Positions 46,090 through 61,314 of a stretch of 64,000 nucleotides of DNA are shown here, piece by piece. Each line of letters begins with the position of its first letter. Position 1 is the stretch's first letter. The position numbers and the translations under genes were made by a program. Origin of the DNA: Haliotis rubra (taxonomy: Eukaryota); NCBI RefSeq assembly GCF_003918875.1, contig NW_025767734.1, positions 186,001 through 250,000 of the forward strand, read 5' to 3'. The notes under the pieces are model-generated. The model saw only the letters and a list, made by a program, of their open reading frames with translations, had not been told where the DNA came from and searched no databases.

Positions 46090-49000
46090 ATGACGTCCAC
46101 GAAGGAAGCTAATTTTGACAGCATCTTTGACGCATTAGGATGGAGGGGAAGATATCAAATGATTCAAGTCTTTTTTGCCTCACTAATGTTACTGCCAATC
46201 GCATTCAATGCGATGAGTATCATATTCATAGGTAAGTCTCAGTTTAACGAATCACCATACTTATTTCAAACTATTCAATGATATGTTTTAGGGAAATTAT
46301 CTCATTATGTTCAAATGCACATTGACGAAGTTCGGTACACATCACACCGCAATCAAGAAAGAATCTAGCTGTATCCCGACGCCAACCACTGGTTAACGCA
46401 CACCGATTCACGGCATAACTCTTATCCATATATTTGTATTTAGAACATAAATGGCTTGTAGATTATTTATCTACCCACCATTGTTTTACAAACATAAATT
46501 GCTCCAAGATTATACTCAAAAGTTGTTGTGACACACAAACAACAAACAGAGTCAGAGTTGAATGTAAGAAGTTAAACTAAGAACAGAGCACCTGGCATAT
46601 GCACGGGAGCCATAAAACAAGGGGGTTTACACAGGTTCACACCGTCAGTAGCAAGAGTAGTCACCTTGTGCATTGAGGCAGGCCTGGCACCTTCGCCTCA
46701 AAGAGGCCACTAAAGCCCAATGACTGTCCAGGGCAAGATCACTCCAATTTGGCGGAGTTCATGCAGTGGGGGATTCGGGAAAGGTCGCCCCATTTCATCC
46801 CCGACATGTTCAAAGGGTGACAAATGAGTGGAAAGAGGGTAACACATTAACATTGTTTTTGATAAAGATACTTCTGTACAGCTCGAGAAAGATATGGTCT
46901 GCTCCACTGGAGACGTCTCGACGTTTGTGTTTTGGCGTTAGAAATGGAGGTCGGGTGTCCAAAGACTGTGTGGAAATGATAAACGTCTGGTTGTCTGGCC
47001 TTTTAAAGTGTACATCGTCGGCCATTTTTCCCGAATATGTCATGCTTCTTGCAAAATTCGTGCAATTTGAACAACATCTTGGTAGCGTTTCTTCGATTAT
47101 TTTAACTAACTCTTTCTCTGGTTCAAATCCAAACATTCATTCACGAGATTACCAATGGAAACATCCAGCTCATAGTAACCTTACCTCAACGCTATGGTTC
47201 GTTGTTCATTCTATCAGTCACTGGCCAAGATCATTTATAAGCAGAACACAGAGCTCAAATAGTTCAGGTCTTTCAACCACATCGGACATATCCGTCTAAA
47301 CTGTCAAAGTATTACGATTGATTCATTTAAATATAAATATGTGTTAACATCCATATTATCTTAGGTTGTTTGCGGAATTTGATTCTTTTTATATTTTGTC
47401 AATATGATTTATAGGACCATAGCTTCATATGATCAAGACAAAATAGAACTCTTTTCATGTTTGGAAACCGAGCATCGCATCTTCACATTACTATACAGAA
47501 GGTAGCGGTGTACGCCTATTAACACTCTTTCAGTAGATACATAGTTGGGGATTCCATATCTCACGGACTTCAAGTATTTTATTTGTGTGTACACGGCGAC
47601 AACCCTCTGCAGCAAATGCTTGTATGAAGAAGAGTTCGATGCCCCAAACACAAGTGTCATCACGAACGTTAAGAAAATATTGTTCAAATCAGCAGATTTA
47701 AGGTCAAACGTGATATGCCTTCGGATCTTCAACGTCATGACTGTTTCAAATGGTGTTTGGAGGGGCGTGACTGAAAGCCTCTGAGACACATGTCTCTGTG
47801 GAGGCATAATGGGTCGGCACGTTGCGGCTATACATGTCATTGTATTCTCGAGATATGAATTTCTGTTGGCTACATAGCGTACATTTGGAGCCACCTGACG
47901 AGCCACAGCAATCCATGATTAGGTTTCATGCCACTTTTGTCAATAATACAAGCCATAAAATATCCTCCAATATTATGAATACCACTTTCTAACATGCCGA
48001 GATTGTCTTTCAAGGTATATGTTATGGTTTCTAAGCGATAGATAAGGGTGAACGAGTTTCAAATAGCAAGGAGGGAGGTCCTGACGTTTTTCGAGTTGTA
48101 GTCTAGATATCCCAGTGAAATTCCCACACATAACGTCATGTAAAGGGTATCATTTTCCCTCAGGAATTCATGTCCCGAGCCACTGTAACGTTCTGAAGAA
48201 TGAAACATCTGGATTTGAGAGTCTCGGGTTTCAAGCAGACATCTCTGACTTGAACATAACATACCATGAATGTGGAATCAGCATTACGTCAACCGTATCT
48301 GGACATTCGGAAGAACTTACGTGTATAGAAGGTCGTCAGTACGAACAACCGCGGGAACTCTCACTCGTTTCTGAGGTAACACGAAACATATATATATTTT
48401 GAAAGAAGGAACTATCTACGATTTAAAGATATCAGATGAACGATATACATACCTTTAGATATACTTCTAAGCCAAATTCTCTTGTCTTGAAATCAGAACA
48501 ATTCAATGGTGTCCTTCCAAGGTCTAATCAAACACTTCTCTCTACTGTATTCACAATGCACATTATTTCACAACACAGAGTATATCAGTCTCTGTCTTTT
48601 TTTGTTTTGTGTTACAAACAGGAACACTCTCTGTGGAACACATATGTATATTGCTAAACAGAACAGTTTTGTATCTGAAGAAACATGAAGTTTAAGTTTA
48701 GCTTAAGTTAAACCAAATGCTCTTGTTTTGAAATCATAACAATTAAATCATGTCCTTAGGAAGTCCAACCAAACACTCTCTTCTCTCTTTCTGTATTTCA
48801 CAACACAGAGCATGTTCGTCTTTGTTTTTCTCAAGAACTAGAACACTGTCAGTTTTTTCTGCTCATTTCTGCTTTTTCTGAAACATTTGTATATGTATAA
48901 AGAGAACAGTTTTGTATCTACAGAAATGGATTTTACCGTTTGATTTCAGTGGGACATCGTCTGTGAAACTGAAAGTCTTGGGGACCTTCTTCAGACCCTC

Positions 49001-52000
49001 TTAATGTTTGGTATGGGTATTGGCTCGGTCTTGTTCACATCGTTATCGGACACATATGGACGCAAGTTGTCCCTCACACTGTCTGGACTTTGTTTCCTTG
49101 CAACCAGCACTGCCATGTCATTTGTACCAACATATGCTGGTTTTGCCGTCATGAAGGTTATACAGGGGGCAACGCTGACGGTAGTGTATATACGCAATGC
49201 CATATAATTGCTGTGAATATGGCGACTATTATTCTTTGTTAATGTGTTATTGTTAGTTCATTCACTTGTTGAAATAACAAGTGGGATTATGCTTCATTCA
49301 TATAATCATGGGTTTTAATCATTAAATAAAATATACACCTAAAAAAAAGTTAAACACCTCCGGTAAGTTTTACAAAGTTGTATGTTGGTGTGCACCCACA
49401 GTACAATGGTGCAGCTGCATGGTTTTTTTCTGTAAGATCATGTATTGAAAACAAGAAAACACAAAAAGGACAGTTTCGTTCAGCGCTTTAAGAATGGAAC
49501 TGGCATAATACACAAAACACATCTGGTTTGGCTTAAACTGATACCTGTTACAGGAGTCGAGCAAGAGAGACTGTTAATGTGACGAGACAAAGACGTTTAT
49601 TTGTAACCTGGGAACGTTGTACAATCAACAACTAGTGTAGCTTCCACCTGCTTGGTACATAACTGTATCTATCCTAAGTCGCAAAGCTTAATTAAGTAAA
49701 TCTCACCGTGTGTCAGCTCGGTGTGGGAAGAAAGTCAAAGTGATTCTATTTTGGTCAAAACCACGAGCATGGCTATGGTACTGACAAACCCAGAAACCTA
49801 ATGCGAAAGAACTGGGATTCGAACAGGTAGGAAGTATATGTCAGTTGTATCATGGCCTATCAGTTTAATGTTTGGGAAAGGATCGAAAAAAACACCACCA
49901 CTGATGGGTGCAGAGCTATATGTGGGGCAGATCAAAGGGAACCTCGCCTCTTTGTAGGTATTCGTATTTTCATTTCTCAAACCCTTTGTGTTCAAACTTG
50001 CAGATTATATGTGACATGATCTTCACTTCAGGGTGTTAGTTTGACGTCAACAACGATCGGTCTAGAAATCATCCCAACCAGGCACAGATCCAAGTTTGGG
50101 ATTATAAGCACGCTGATTTGGTCACTGTCGGTTGTAATCTACGCTGTGGCGGCCTACCTGATGAGAGATCTCAACTGGAGGTATCACCAGTTGGTAGCGG
50201 GCCTCACATCAGGCTTCTATATATTTGTACCGTGGTGAGTTTATAATTAATTAAAACATTCGTTGTCAACGAACAGGAAGAAATAGGATGTGTACTATAC
50301 AATAACATGACCAGTTCGGTGCATGACAGATTCTTTAGTATGCTGAAGTTGGGAGCAAGATATCGAACCATCCCTTTTCACTTTGTAGGTAATCTGGTAT
50401 GATATCAACAGACAGGCGCAGGACAGGTATACATTGTTTCTGCACACCCAACGGAAATCGATTTTGCCTTCGAATGAGGAACTAGGTCTGTTTGTAACAT
50501 ATTTGGGATTACACTTTCTAAGTCAGGCACCTAATCGCCAGAACACAAAGTCAGCCGTCCAAGTCACCCAGCCATCGTGCCTTCCACAAAAAATGGAAGT
50601 GGGGCAATTGGTAGTCTAGACCTCTGTGTAAATTGGCATGCAATCCAAAATATAACATATGTTACATTTGACCACTTTCTAAATGGCAATAAGCATTCAT
50701 GGTCTATTTTTCACCGGCACTTTCTCGGAGCATAGGCGCTGCTAGTTTCTTTTCTACTAAGGGAAGTAACAGCGTGATAATTGTGGGCATGTGGATGATT
50801 ATAAATGTGACCATTGACTGTTAACCTCTTTAAAGGGTAATGGACGAATCTTCAAGATGGTTGGCAACAAAGAAGAAATACAGTATCATAGAACGGAATT
50901 TGAAGAAGGCTAGCCATATGAATCATAAAGATGAAAACAATATCATAACACTGTTCAGAGAAAAAGTGAAAGAACCAAACCTTCATGATCAAAGTCCTCT
51001 CTTAGCGTCGGGCACACACAAGGACCAAAATGAACACAGGTCGGGTGTTACAAAAACTGAGAGAAAAAAAGAAAGACAACTCCTGCAGATATTCAAAGAC
51101 AGACAGATACTCAGTTTATCAGCAATCCTGTGTTTTATATGGTAAATAGATACACATGCATATTCATGCTAGTATTAAGTAAAATTACTACAGGTATTTG
51201 GTCGTATTTAATACTTGAATTTAAAACTTGAAAACGTTTCGAATGTTTTGTAAATAGTTATATTTGTGGTAAGAAAATATAATCAGGCAGAATTTATTAT
51301 ACAATTTTGCCAAGCATCTATTTACCTTGTAGTTATAATATCATTCGTTTATGAATTTTGTTTTATGATAAGGATGACAGACAGTTTAACATACCACGGA
51401 CTAAATCTCAACGCCACACAGTTTCATAGTGACAAATACATCGCCTTTGGTCTGAGTGCTATCACAGAAGTGTTTAGTGCTGTCGCCTTCTGGCTCACAG
51501 TCGACAGGTAATGATACATTCAAATATGGAATATTGGTTTGTTGAATGATTCAGATCTTAACTGGATCAAACTTACATTATAAGTATTCATACAAACGGT
51601 TTTGTACCAGTGGATGTCACCGGATACATCATTATTACATCAAAATAATGTGGAATTGTATATTCTTATATTCAACATACTTGAAAAGCCATCATATGTT
51701 TACTTGCCATCGGCTCAGGACACTCATAATACATCGATAGTTCAGTTGATTTATGACAACCCTTATTGACCTAGGTTAGCCTCGTCGTAATCTACAATCG
51801 TTATGAAGAGGGAGGTTGGTTAAGTTTCAACTTTTGTATATTTCTGTGTAGATTCGGAAGGAAGAAAACATGTTTGGCCTGTCATCTGATAGCAGCAGTG
51901 TCGCTGATAACATCGGTCATATTCAACCATTTCACGGGTTAGTCTCCCTGTTGCTTTGTTTTACTAGCTTACATCATAGGCCAAGGTTTTGTATCCATAA

Positions 52001-55000
52001 TCAGAAAGCTCACTCAGCTAACTGACAAAAGGTTTCACCTCAATGAGCTAACTGACTAAAAGGTTCATTTTCTTGAATGAACATAAAGTGGATATCTTTC
52101 CTGGTTTCCTTTGTCATGGACTATTTCAAATCAGGCCGTGACACCACACCTATTCCCCTTTACTCATTTATTGAAGTCTGCTGTCAACATCGAGTTGAGT
52201 CAGCTATTCACGCGCGTCCTTTCTCACTGTTACGATGGTACCATTAGGATATGTCCTAATGTTGGCAGTATGTTTCAGTTGCGGTACCAACCCTCAGTGT
52301 GGCTGTCAGCACATTGTCGCTGATTGGAAAATTTGGAGCAACGACTTCATTTAATGTGCTGTATCTGTATACTCCAGAACTGTTTCCAACTACAATACGG
52401 TAGGAACGACAAGCCTTACCTCTGGACCTGTAACTATATTTCGTGCGGTAGATTAATGATAATGGAAACGTCCGTTCTACCCAGATTTCGCGAATGGTAT
52501 CCATATGAGACGGACAGAGCCTTTACCATATCCACAAGAAATCAAATCCATTGTACAATTCTGATTATGTTCATGAATCGGTGTGAAAATAATGATGATA
52601 ACAGGTGTTCGCGAGTGAGCTTATCGTACTCCACTGGCGCACCCGTCATTAACATTTGCAAAAGCCTCAAAAGTCACAATAGGGATATGCAGCAGACATC
52701 ATCGTTGTCTCTGGTGCGTTTGTCATAAAACGTTTCAAAGCTTTACGATGGATGCATGGTTATTGAACGAGATTAGATTGTCGATTTACTTGTAGTTAAA
52801 TTTAAACTTCTTGGTCAAATTTGTCTTGATGTTGCCAACCCGTCAGAAATTCATTAAGAAACAGATCTGCAGAGAAGGGAGGACAACTGGTCCCCATTGG
52901 AATTCGTGCTTCTTGTCTTAATGTTTTACCCCCAAATGTCACAGAGACGTTACCACTGAGGAAGTCCAGAAATTCACATATTGTGTATTTCTCAGTTAAC
53001 TTTAGATGACATTTGCTTTTTGTTTTGAAACATTATCCCAATGTCCCGATATCTTATTAAGTACTTCCCACCCTGTTTATTGAGAAACGCCCAACGGATG
53101 AACGAGTGAAGTGTTTTCTTCAAGTTTGTCATGTGGGATGGCGGTGTGTACAATGTTGGAAAATCATGTTTTGACAGAACCGTTTCTAAGATTGTAAACA
53201 TTCAAGCACATTCTTGAGTTTTGAGAATAAACTAAATGCTGATTCCACTTGTCTCAGATATTTTCAGTGAATGTCAAGAAAGCTATTCATTGATAGTATT
53301 AATGATTATGGTTAACCTATGAATAGGGATTTTGTGGTACACATGCTGGACCCGGCAATGTATCTCTCATTGTACTGATTTTATACAGCTTTGGAATCCT
53401 GTACGAAAGAGGAATAGATGTGTCTAAGATGCTAGTCAAAGTAAAGGTTGATCGTACCGATAAATGGTTTGAGCAAATTTCTTGGTCAATTAACAAACTG
53501 GCCTTGTAGTCTTATTGTCTTGATATGTAGTTTTGCTTACTTAAATGGTCTTGCAGATTGAGGCCTTGTGAGTGCGATCAAGTACAAGCTTTTCTTGCAA
53601 GGCCGCCAGACTTCGGTTGATAGCTGGTTGGGACAGAATGTGTTCATTCCAGCCCTGTTTTCTTTTTATACGACTAACAACATTCTGAAAGACAGTTTAC
53701 AGGTTCCTATCCAATGTGTTTGCATATGCTTCGAAAGCATGCATAATGATTTTAAAGTTGTAACTCCAATTAATATTTTGGTCCGTATCTGAATAGCTGA
53801 CAAAAGTTGTTATTGTCAACAATGCAGACGTCGTCTGTGGTTGACCTACAGGTTGGTAGCAGCACAATGAGTTTTTTAGCCACAGTAAGCTGCAAAGTCC
53901 GCGTTCTGAAACACCTTTTATAAACTGGTCAACCACTGTATAACTTGTGCCCGTGTTTGTTCAGAGCTACAACTAACTTGCTTATGATAAAGTCAGAATC
54001 GTACAATGGACACTTTAGCAGGATTCATTATCATTATGATTTGTGTCCCTTTTATTTTATTGAACAAACATGACATGATAAACAACGTCAAGTGTAGATT
54101 TCCTGTTACGTTCTGTTTGAAAATAATGATTCAATGGACAGATACAGTTATGAACTGAGAGGTCAGGAAAGTCTATATGAAGGTCACTCTTAGGAATAGG
54201 TGATACACCCGAAATGAGTTATAGATTAATTCTTTTCAGAAGAATTTTCGGTCATAAGAAGGATTGTTTATTTTTCAGGAATGTTGGGTTTGGTCTTGGA
54301 TCCCTCGCAGGAAGAGTAGGTGGACTATTTGCTCCTTTTTCCAGGATGCTGGTGAGACTTCTACTAACAGTTGTTTTATTTTATTACACTACATGTGTGC
54401 ATTTGCTCTCTAACCAAAAACTGTATTTCTCATAACACATGATTGCCTGGAATGTATTTTGTAATATCTACTCATCATTGATTATTGAACATGAAATGTC
54501 AAAGAACGAGTACACATATTTATCCAAGACCAAAGCATTGAGGTATCACCAGGTAGCCCAAGGCATTGTAACCCTTCCTATACAATGTCAACAACAGGAA
54601 CGTGTGTATACTTCAGAATTTCATGTTAGACTAACAGATACTTTATTAACACATTACATACAACATACAACACTATACATACAACATCATAATTTACAGA
54701 AACAGTACCCGTGAAGGTCCGGTTAGAATGAACCTTCAGTAACCCATGCTTGTCGTAAGAGGCGACTAACGGGATCGGGTAGTCAGGCTCGCTGTCATCG
54801 GTTCCTTATTGCGCAGATCGATGGTCATGCTGTTGATCACTGGATTGCCTGGTCCAGGGTCGATTATTTTACAGACCGCCGCCATATAGCTTGAATATTG
54901 CTGAGTGCGGCGTAAAACTAAACTCACTCACTCACTCACTCACAGAAACAGTAACAAGTAATTACAAACGCATGTTCCATTCCTTTTTACATTGCGATAG

Positions 55001-55657
55001 GCGAAATACAAACATGTGCACTTACAAATGTATACATATATACTTTAAAAATATATCAATCGTTTTTTCATTTTATGTTAACTCCTCTTGTTTGGACCAA
55101 ACGTTTTAGTTACTCGGTTTTTTCACTGTCCACTTTTATATTTAGTTGACTCAGCTTTTACCAGAAACGAATTACGAATATGGAAAGTTTGTTTTGCTTG
55201 CATTTATTATCTTTATCATAGTCATTACAGATAAAGATACAATAACATAATGCAAAAATGAGGGTTTAAGTGATCCTGGCACAGCCAGGCTGGTTACGCT
55301 CATTATCATGTCAGGGCCCCTGACCCCTTTATACGCAATCCTGACAGTGAATAGCACTGCAGTACTTCTGTTACATTATGGCATTATTCCAGGTACAAAT
55401 CACCTGACAATTAACAAATGTATCTTATTTGACAGTACCGCAAATATCCCTGGGCACCTGGCACTGTGTACGGCTCATGCTGCATCGTGGTGGCTATCCT
55501 GGTTCGATTTCTGCCAGAAACGAACACACACGAACTGCCGCAGACAGTTCCTGAAATGAAGCAGTGGCTGAAACAGCAAAGGGAATCACAGAAGAAGGTC
55601 ACCATCGCAGAAAATGCTGCTGATAGATTTATCTGTAATGATAATGAAGAGCACTGA
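46090..55657 (+). CDS. SLC22 / organic cation transporter-like MFS protein, copy 1; 10 exons, ~576 aa
   Basis: join(46090..46231,48164..48375,48950..49180,50032..50234,50836..51141,51373..51507,51852..51937,52279..52399,54279..54351,55436..55657) = 1731 nt, in frame. SLC22 motifs: FDSIFDALGWRGRYQ, SLVSEWDIVC, LSDTYGRK, EIIPTRHR, DESSRWL, DRFGRK, YTPELFPTTIRNVGFG, LPETN. Confidence 0.93.
52760..53930 (-). mobile_element. Penelope-like reverse transcriptase fragment in SLC22 intron 8
   Basis: WIPKLYK..RYIAGSSMCTTK and HDFPTLYT are PLE RT-like motifs, degraded. Confidence 0.65.
54707..54941 (+). mobile_element. SINE-like retroelement family A, full length
   Basis: TSD ACAGAAACAGT(A); (ACTC)n tail. 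Confidence 0.92.
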
Positions 55658-56290
55658 GGTGTTAAGGGGTCCAAAATACATTATTTAAATATTCAGACAT
55701 ATGAACACATAACATTCAACTAAACGATGCTTCTTTAAACTACAGTAAAAGTACATCATCTACTGTAAAGGATGTCGTTAAACAAATAATCTTTACCTTT
55801 AATGAAGACTGAGCTAGATTTTAGACGTTTGGCAATACATTTGTCAGTGACTCACCATTGCACATTTATGCATTCATGTGAATTTAATTCTTTTATATGA
55901 TATGGCAATTAAGTATTATCCTGAATTGAATATTTGGTAGTAAATTGCACTTGTACATTTTAGGTACAGATATGTGATAGTGAAACCACTCATACTTTAG
56001 GGATGGTAACGCTTGTAAATATTAGGTTTGTAACTGAAAGGGAAGTCAACAAATGTAAAGGTGATATTGTCTTCCCAATGTGTCCCCTCCACGTTGTCCG
56101 CACCTACCATGCAGGATCACCTGAAAGTCTTTGAATGTCATATCATGTCTTCCTCGATACTCAAATATTAAATTATTTTAGTGAGAAAACACTGAATTGA
56201 TGTTACTGCATTATTATGTTCTGATATATTATGTTGCATTTCACGCGTTGAGATGGAGGTACAACATCCTGAACACTCAAAGACTATATA

Positions 56291-59200
56291 CAAGCAATCA
56301 ATCTTTATTCCGTACTGAAGAGGCCACAGGCCTATAGTACATAAAACATACATACATTTTTATTCTCCCGAGTAGTAACATTTACATTTTTTCCAAATAT
56401 TATTATTTATTCTTTGTAAAGTTGCTTGGAATATAAACATTGATAAATTCTGAACTATTAAAATGTTTGTACTTGTTAGCAAATATATAAATTTAATAAC
56501 GCTTGGATATCTGTAAAAATGATTTGGTAAATATTTTCTTTTAAGATCTGAGTACAGCGCACAAACAAGAAGGAAATGGTACTCATCCTCGACAGTATTT
56601 AAATCACATAGTTGGCATAGTCTCTCTTGACGATTAAATTAGTATAGCGTCCAGTTTCTATAAATAAATCATGAGATGAACATCAAAACGTGATAACGTC
56701 TTTACTGTTGTCCTAGAGAGGTACCACTTCAAACTTATTTGCGCTTTAAAAAGTTTGTAATAGAAACATTTGAAAAGTCAGGGATTCAAACCATGTCTGC
56801 ACATGAATATCCTTAAGTCTTTGAGTCAGTGACATGATACAATTAGGGTAGCAGCTAACGTTTTGTTCATACCATGCGTTACCTAAACCAGTTTTAAACA
56901 GCAATGTTTTTATATTCGTTACCCAATTATTTTTTCATTATTGTCATAAACTATCATCATATTGTAACACATGTTGGGAAATCTATGTGCAGGCATGTTT
57001 AACAATCTTAACCAGTATTTGATAGCCTTAACTTGAGAAAATATATGCATTGTGAATCTACCACATTCACCATAACACTAGACGTGCTTGCCTTAACGCC
57101 AAGAAATCTTTTACAGACATATAAATGAACTTTTTCTCTGACATCGAAATGTTGTAAGCCCCAGACCTAAGATCCATACAGTAGTATAGGGCTTATTTTA
57201 ACATAAAATATTTTACAAAGCGCCTTTTTTTCTAAAAATAAATTAAGCGTTTATAAATAGATATAAAAACCCTCTTAGCTTGTATGGCTGCCTCTTTAAT
57301 GTGTCTATTCCATGACAGGAGTTTGGTGAAGCAATATTTATAGAACGATGTTATTTCTAAAAGTTCTCTTTTGAAAAGACATTTTTCTTTACCCGATATT
57401 TCCGTTTGATCTTTGTTAACACTTAGTTTCCAATTATCACAATAATTCTCTAATTCATCAATTTGTCTCTGTAGACCATTAACAGTACTGCAAAATAATA
57501 CAATATCATCTGGAAATAAAAGCAAAAGCAGCTGCGTAATATCAGGATGTAGCTGGATGCCATGATTGCAATTTTCATGAATTTGAGTTGCTAATTCATT
57601 TATGAAGAAACTAAACAGAAAAGGACTTAAAATACGGGAGCAGGACAAAAGCCACCCGGACAAATGCCACCCGAACAAAAGCCACCTGGACAAATGCCAC
57701 CTAGGACAAATGCCACCTAGGACAAATGCCACCAAGTTATTTTACCATTACAGAGAGGACAATTACCACCCTCACCGAGGACGACGACCACCAATGTTCG
57801 CGGTATCAAGCTGGAACCAACACCAGAGGACTTTAGACAACCTACCAAGGACAAATAACAACCTGGAAGGGTGGCAAAGGAGATTACTGACAAGCATGGC
57901 AGGCTGTCATCCCAGTATCTGGCGTTTCTTGGATGTGTTGAGCTCTGAACGACCAGGTGATTACCCAGATGTTGGCAGGGGAGACCATTACAAGTCACAG
58001 GAGGCAATATCGGGATTGCTAGCAGCGTCTCCAGACCATTGCTGCAGGTTTCAGGAACAGACACCAAATGGAATTCTTAAGGAGTGTGGCTCATAACATC
58101 CGACTTTGAAAGCAATAACGAAAGTGTAAATGAAAATGAATTTGAAAACAGGATGAGAATGAAAGCAATAATGAAAGTGTAAAAGAAAATGACTTTGAAT
58201 GAAAAATGAAAAATATTAATGAATGAATTATCATGCAAATACATCTGGGAAACATGATATTGTGTTGGTGGTTTTTATTTTTGGGGGGATGGCATTTGTC
58301 CCAGGTGGCATTTTTGTGAGGTGGCTTTTGTCCGGGTGGTTTTTGTCCTGTTGGCATTTGTCCTGGACCCTTAAAATGCATCCTTGTCTTACTCCTGACT
58401 GGCTTGTAAACGTTTTTGAGACATCGTTATTATTTCTTACACATACCTTTACATTTTCATAAATACTGCACAATAGTTTATTCATTTTCCTACTCAAACC
58501 ACGCATTAGTAAAATATTCCATAGTCTATTTCTATTTACCGAGTCAAATGCTTTCGATAAATGTACAAACAGAACATAAAATTTACCACCTTTACTACTT
58601 TAATATTTTGTACAATTGTTTGAAGACTAAAGATATTATGAACTGTTGAGTATCCTCTCTGAACCCGCATGCTCTTCTTTTATTTAATCCAGTGTATCTG
58701 CTCATAGAACTAGTCTTTTGTTCATGATATAAGTAATTTTTTACTAAATTTGCTAAGGAGGGTAATCCCTATATATTTATTCATAATATTTGTATCCCCT
58801 TGTTTATGAATGGGGACAATTACACGAAATAACCAAGATTGTGGGAAAATACCAGTCTCGAGTATAACACTAAATATTTGTTCCAAATATGGATTTAATA
58901 TATCCGCTGAATTCTTACAAAATTCAGGAGTAGTATCATCAATACCATGGGATTTGTTGCACTTGAGATGGTGAATGCTTTCAATTATCTCATCCCTAGT
59001 TACCGGTGCATCTAAAATCTGATTTGCATATAGCATATTAGAAATACTTTCTGGTACTTCACAAGAATGGTGGGAGTCAGAGTCATTATCTGGGAATGCA
59101 CTCATGGTATTTATACCATTCTTCAATATGTATACTATTTTCAGTCTTTTTTAGATTAAAACTCTTTAACTCCAACCAAAACTGTTTTGAATCATTGATA

Positions 59201-60170
59201 CTGTCTTCCCAACGTTCTTGTTGACATTCAAAATAATGCACGTGTACTTGTTCCTAGTTTTGTGATATTCATCCAGAGATTGTCTATCCTTATTTTTATT
59301 GAAACTTATTTAATATTTTGCATCTATCTTTCTTTAAACTTTTACATTCCCTATCAAACCACTTATTTAAATTATCTTTCAATGGTTTCCCAATTTGTCT
59401 TTTCATATCTGAGTCTGCTAAGCATAAAGCATCTGTGATATAATCAATACTCCTATCCGTGTCAGATAATGCTTAATTTAGGGATTTGTCTAGCGATTCT
59501 TGTACATGATCTGAGAGTAAATTATCTCTAAATTGTTGTAGTTTGTTATTGTCCCATACAAATCTAAATGATTTTTCAGTTTTGTGTTCTATTTTACAGT
59601 TAATGTTCAATCATTTGAGTCGTATGTAATTTCATCGTTATCGGGAGATGTGTTGATGCACATCTTGATTCTATGTTGAAATTTATGACATGTTCAAATA
59701 ATACTGAAGAAGCTAAACTATAATCGATAACACTAGCACCACTCACACCGTTTAAAAGTAAAATCATCGACCTCTTTGTCATTACCACATCTTTCATTCA
59801 TCATATAAATTTTTAAACTGCACATAAATCTAATAAATATTTTCCAAAATTATTTACAATCTTGAAAAACGTTCTAGATTCAAAACATCAAATATGAGTC
59901 ACCTTGGTGTTCAGTGTATTCAATTATATCATCTTCCACAAAATCAGGTTTAGTACCAGTTCTAGAGCTGTAAATATCCCCCACATAGTATATACACATC
60001 AGGTAAAGTAGTCCATAGTCAATATCTAATAATTTCTCTTGGAATTACATGACGTCATTTTTACATTTGTGGACTAAGTTGTTCACATCATGTGGAGCCC
60101 TCTGGGTGGATGTAGACCCAAACATAAAGCATATCCAAATCAAGTCCAAAAAGTGACTTATCAAAAAGAA
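56291..60170 (-). mobile_element. Degraded LINE (APE endonuclease + RT + C-terminal zinc motif)
   Basis: Minus strand: GASVIDYSLAS, IVPIHKQGD, GVRQGCIL|SPFLFSFFINEL, LFPDDIVL, EDEYHFLLVC; AATAAAG(ATTG)n tail near 56300. Confidence 0.9.
57636..58370 (+). mobile_element. Deleted MULE (Mutator-like) element nested in the LINE
   Basis: GGG..CCC ends with GGACAAAWGCCACC subterminal repeats; 9-bp TSD TTAAAATRC; LPRTNNNLEGWQ..HPSIWRFL transposase C-terminus. Confidence 0.88.
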
Positions 60171-60219
60171 TGAAGAAAATATGTTCTGACACTCTTGACC
60201 ATTTCATGTATTTACTTAA

Positions 60220-61312
60220 AGGTCACATGCAACCAAAAAATCAAACATAATTAAAACACAATTATCACTTATTCATGACATATAATATACATTGCTGGTT
60301 ATGAAAAAACATAAAAACAAAATTATAAGCGTACAATCACAAATGAAAAGTGCAATATTTTGTACTTGGGTTTACTGCCCAAGAAACGAAGCAGCCGGGA
60401 TACCGAACCCAGTCAGAGCGGGTGGGTGTGCACTCAAGTGTAACGGCTGGTTCATTTGCAGATGCCCTCACGGCTCATTGTGTGTGTATATATAGAGATG
60501 TTGGGTTTTGTAAATACATGCTCCTTTTTTGTGTATAACATTTTGCAATCAACAGACATCATAACATGTCATGTGTACAAGTATCACACCTGCCTGTCTG
60601 TGTAATTACATAATGTGACAGAGACCGAACTCGGGCCATAAATCAATGCGTTTTGTTTATGGTGGTGTATAGCCTGATAGGTGTTAAGTTCAAATTGCAT
60701 GTGGTCAGTGATCGCAGTTGTGTATTGAATATTGTCAGTAGCAGACAGGCAGGCAGACACATAGGTGCCAATAAAACAGACATTGAATTTTGTCTGTGAC
60801 AACAACATATCTATATCACAGTTAGAAATTCTGTCGACGCTAAATAATGACATTGCTTTTAAGTATCGAACTGAGAAAGTGACTCGGTGAGAAGAACGTG
60901 TGGTGAAATAGACAAATGAAATTATATAAACAGTTAAATCCGTAATCTACTGTAATAATATATAAAAAGCTCGCGCCTGTGAAATATCAACAAAACATTA
61001 GAAAAATAGCTCACACCAAAGCCTTCACCGAATATTAACCAGACAACCCGCTTCCAAGCTCCGCAAACCTATTTCACTGCGCATGTGCTATGAGCGCAGC
61101 CCAGCTGTTGAAACCACTTCAATTCCCCCAAGCGCTGGGGAAAGTTAGTGAATCGTTTGAACTACGATTTCGCGCGGTTTTTTTCATCGCGTTATTTTTC
61201 AACTTTATAAGTTGAATGTGCATTTTTGATGATTTGTTTCGGTAAGTCGATACCGAAAAGTATCACAATCTGCGTCTCAAAGTTCCTGCAGGCATTGTTT
61301 TACGTTGCATGT
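60220..61312. mobile_element. Non-autonomous TTAA-flanked DNA transposon (Kolobok-like), near full length
   Basis: Left end TTAA|AGGTCACATGCAAC; right end ..GTTGCATGT (outer bases lost); homologous to 11483-12286. Confidence 0.78.
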
Positions 61313-61314
61313 TG

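Noticed and set aside
46766-47906. ORFs of 108-177 aa in SLC22 intron 1
   Set aside because: No recognisable domain beyond Tc1 debris near 46750-46900, and absent from the duplicate copy.
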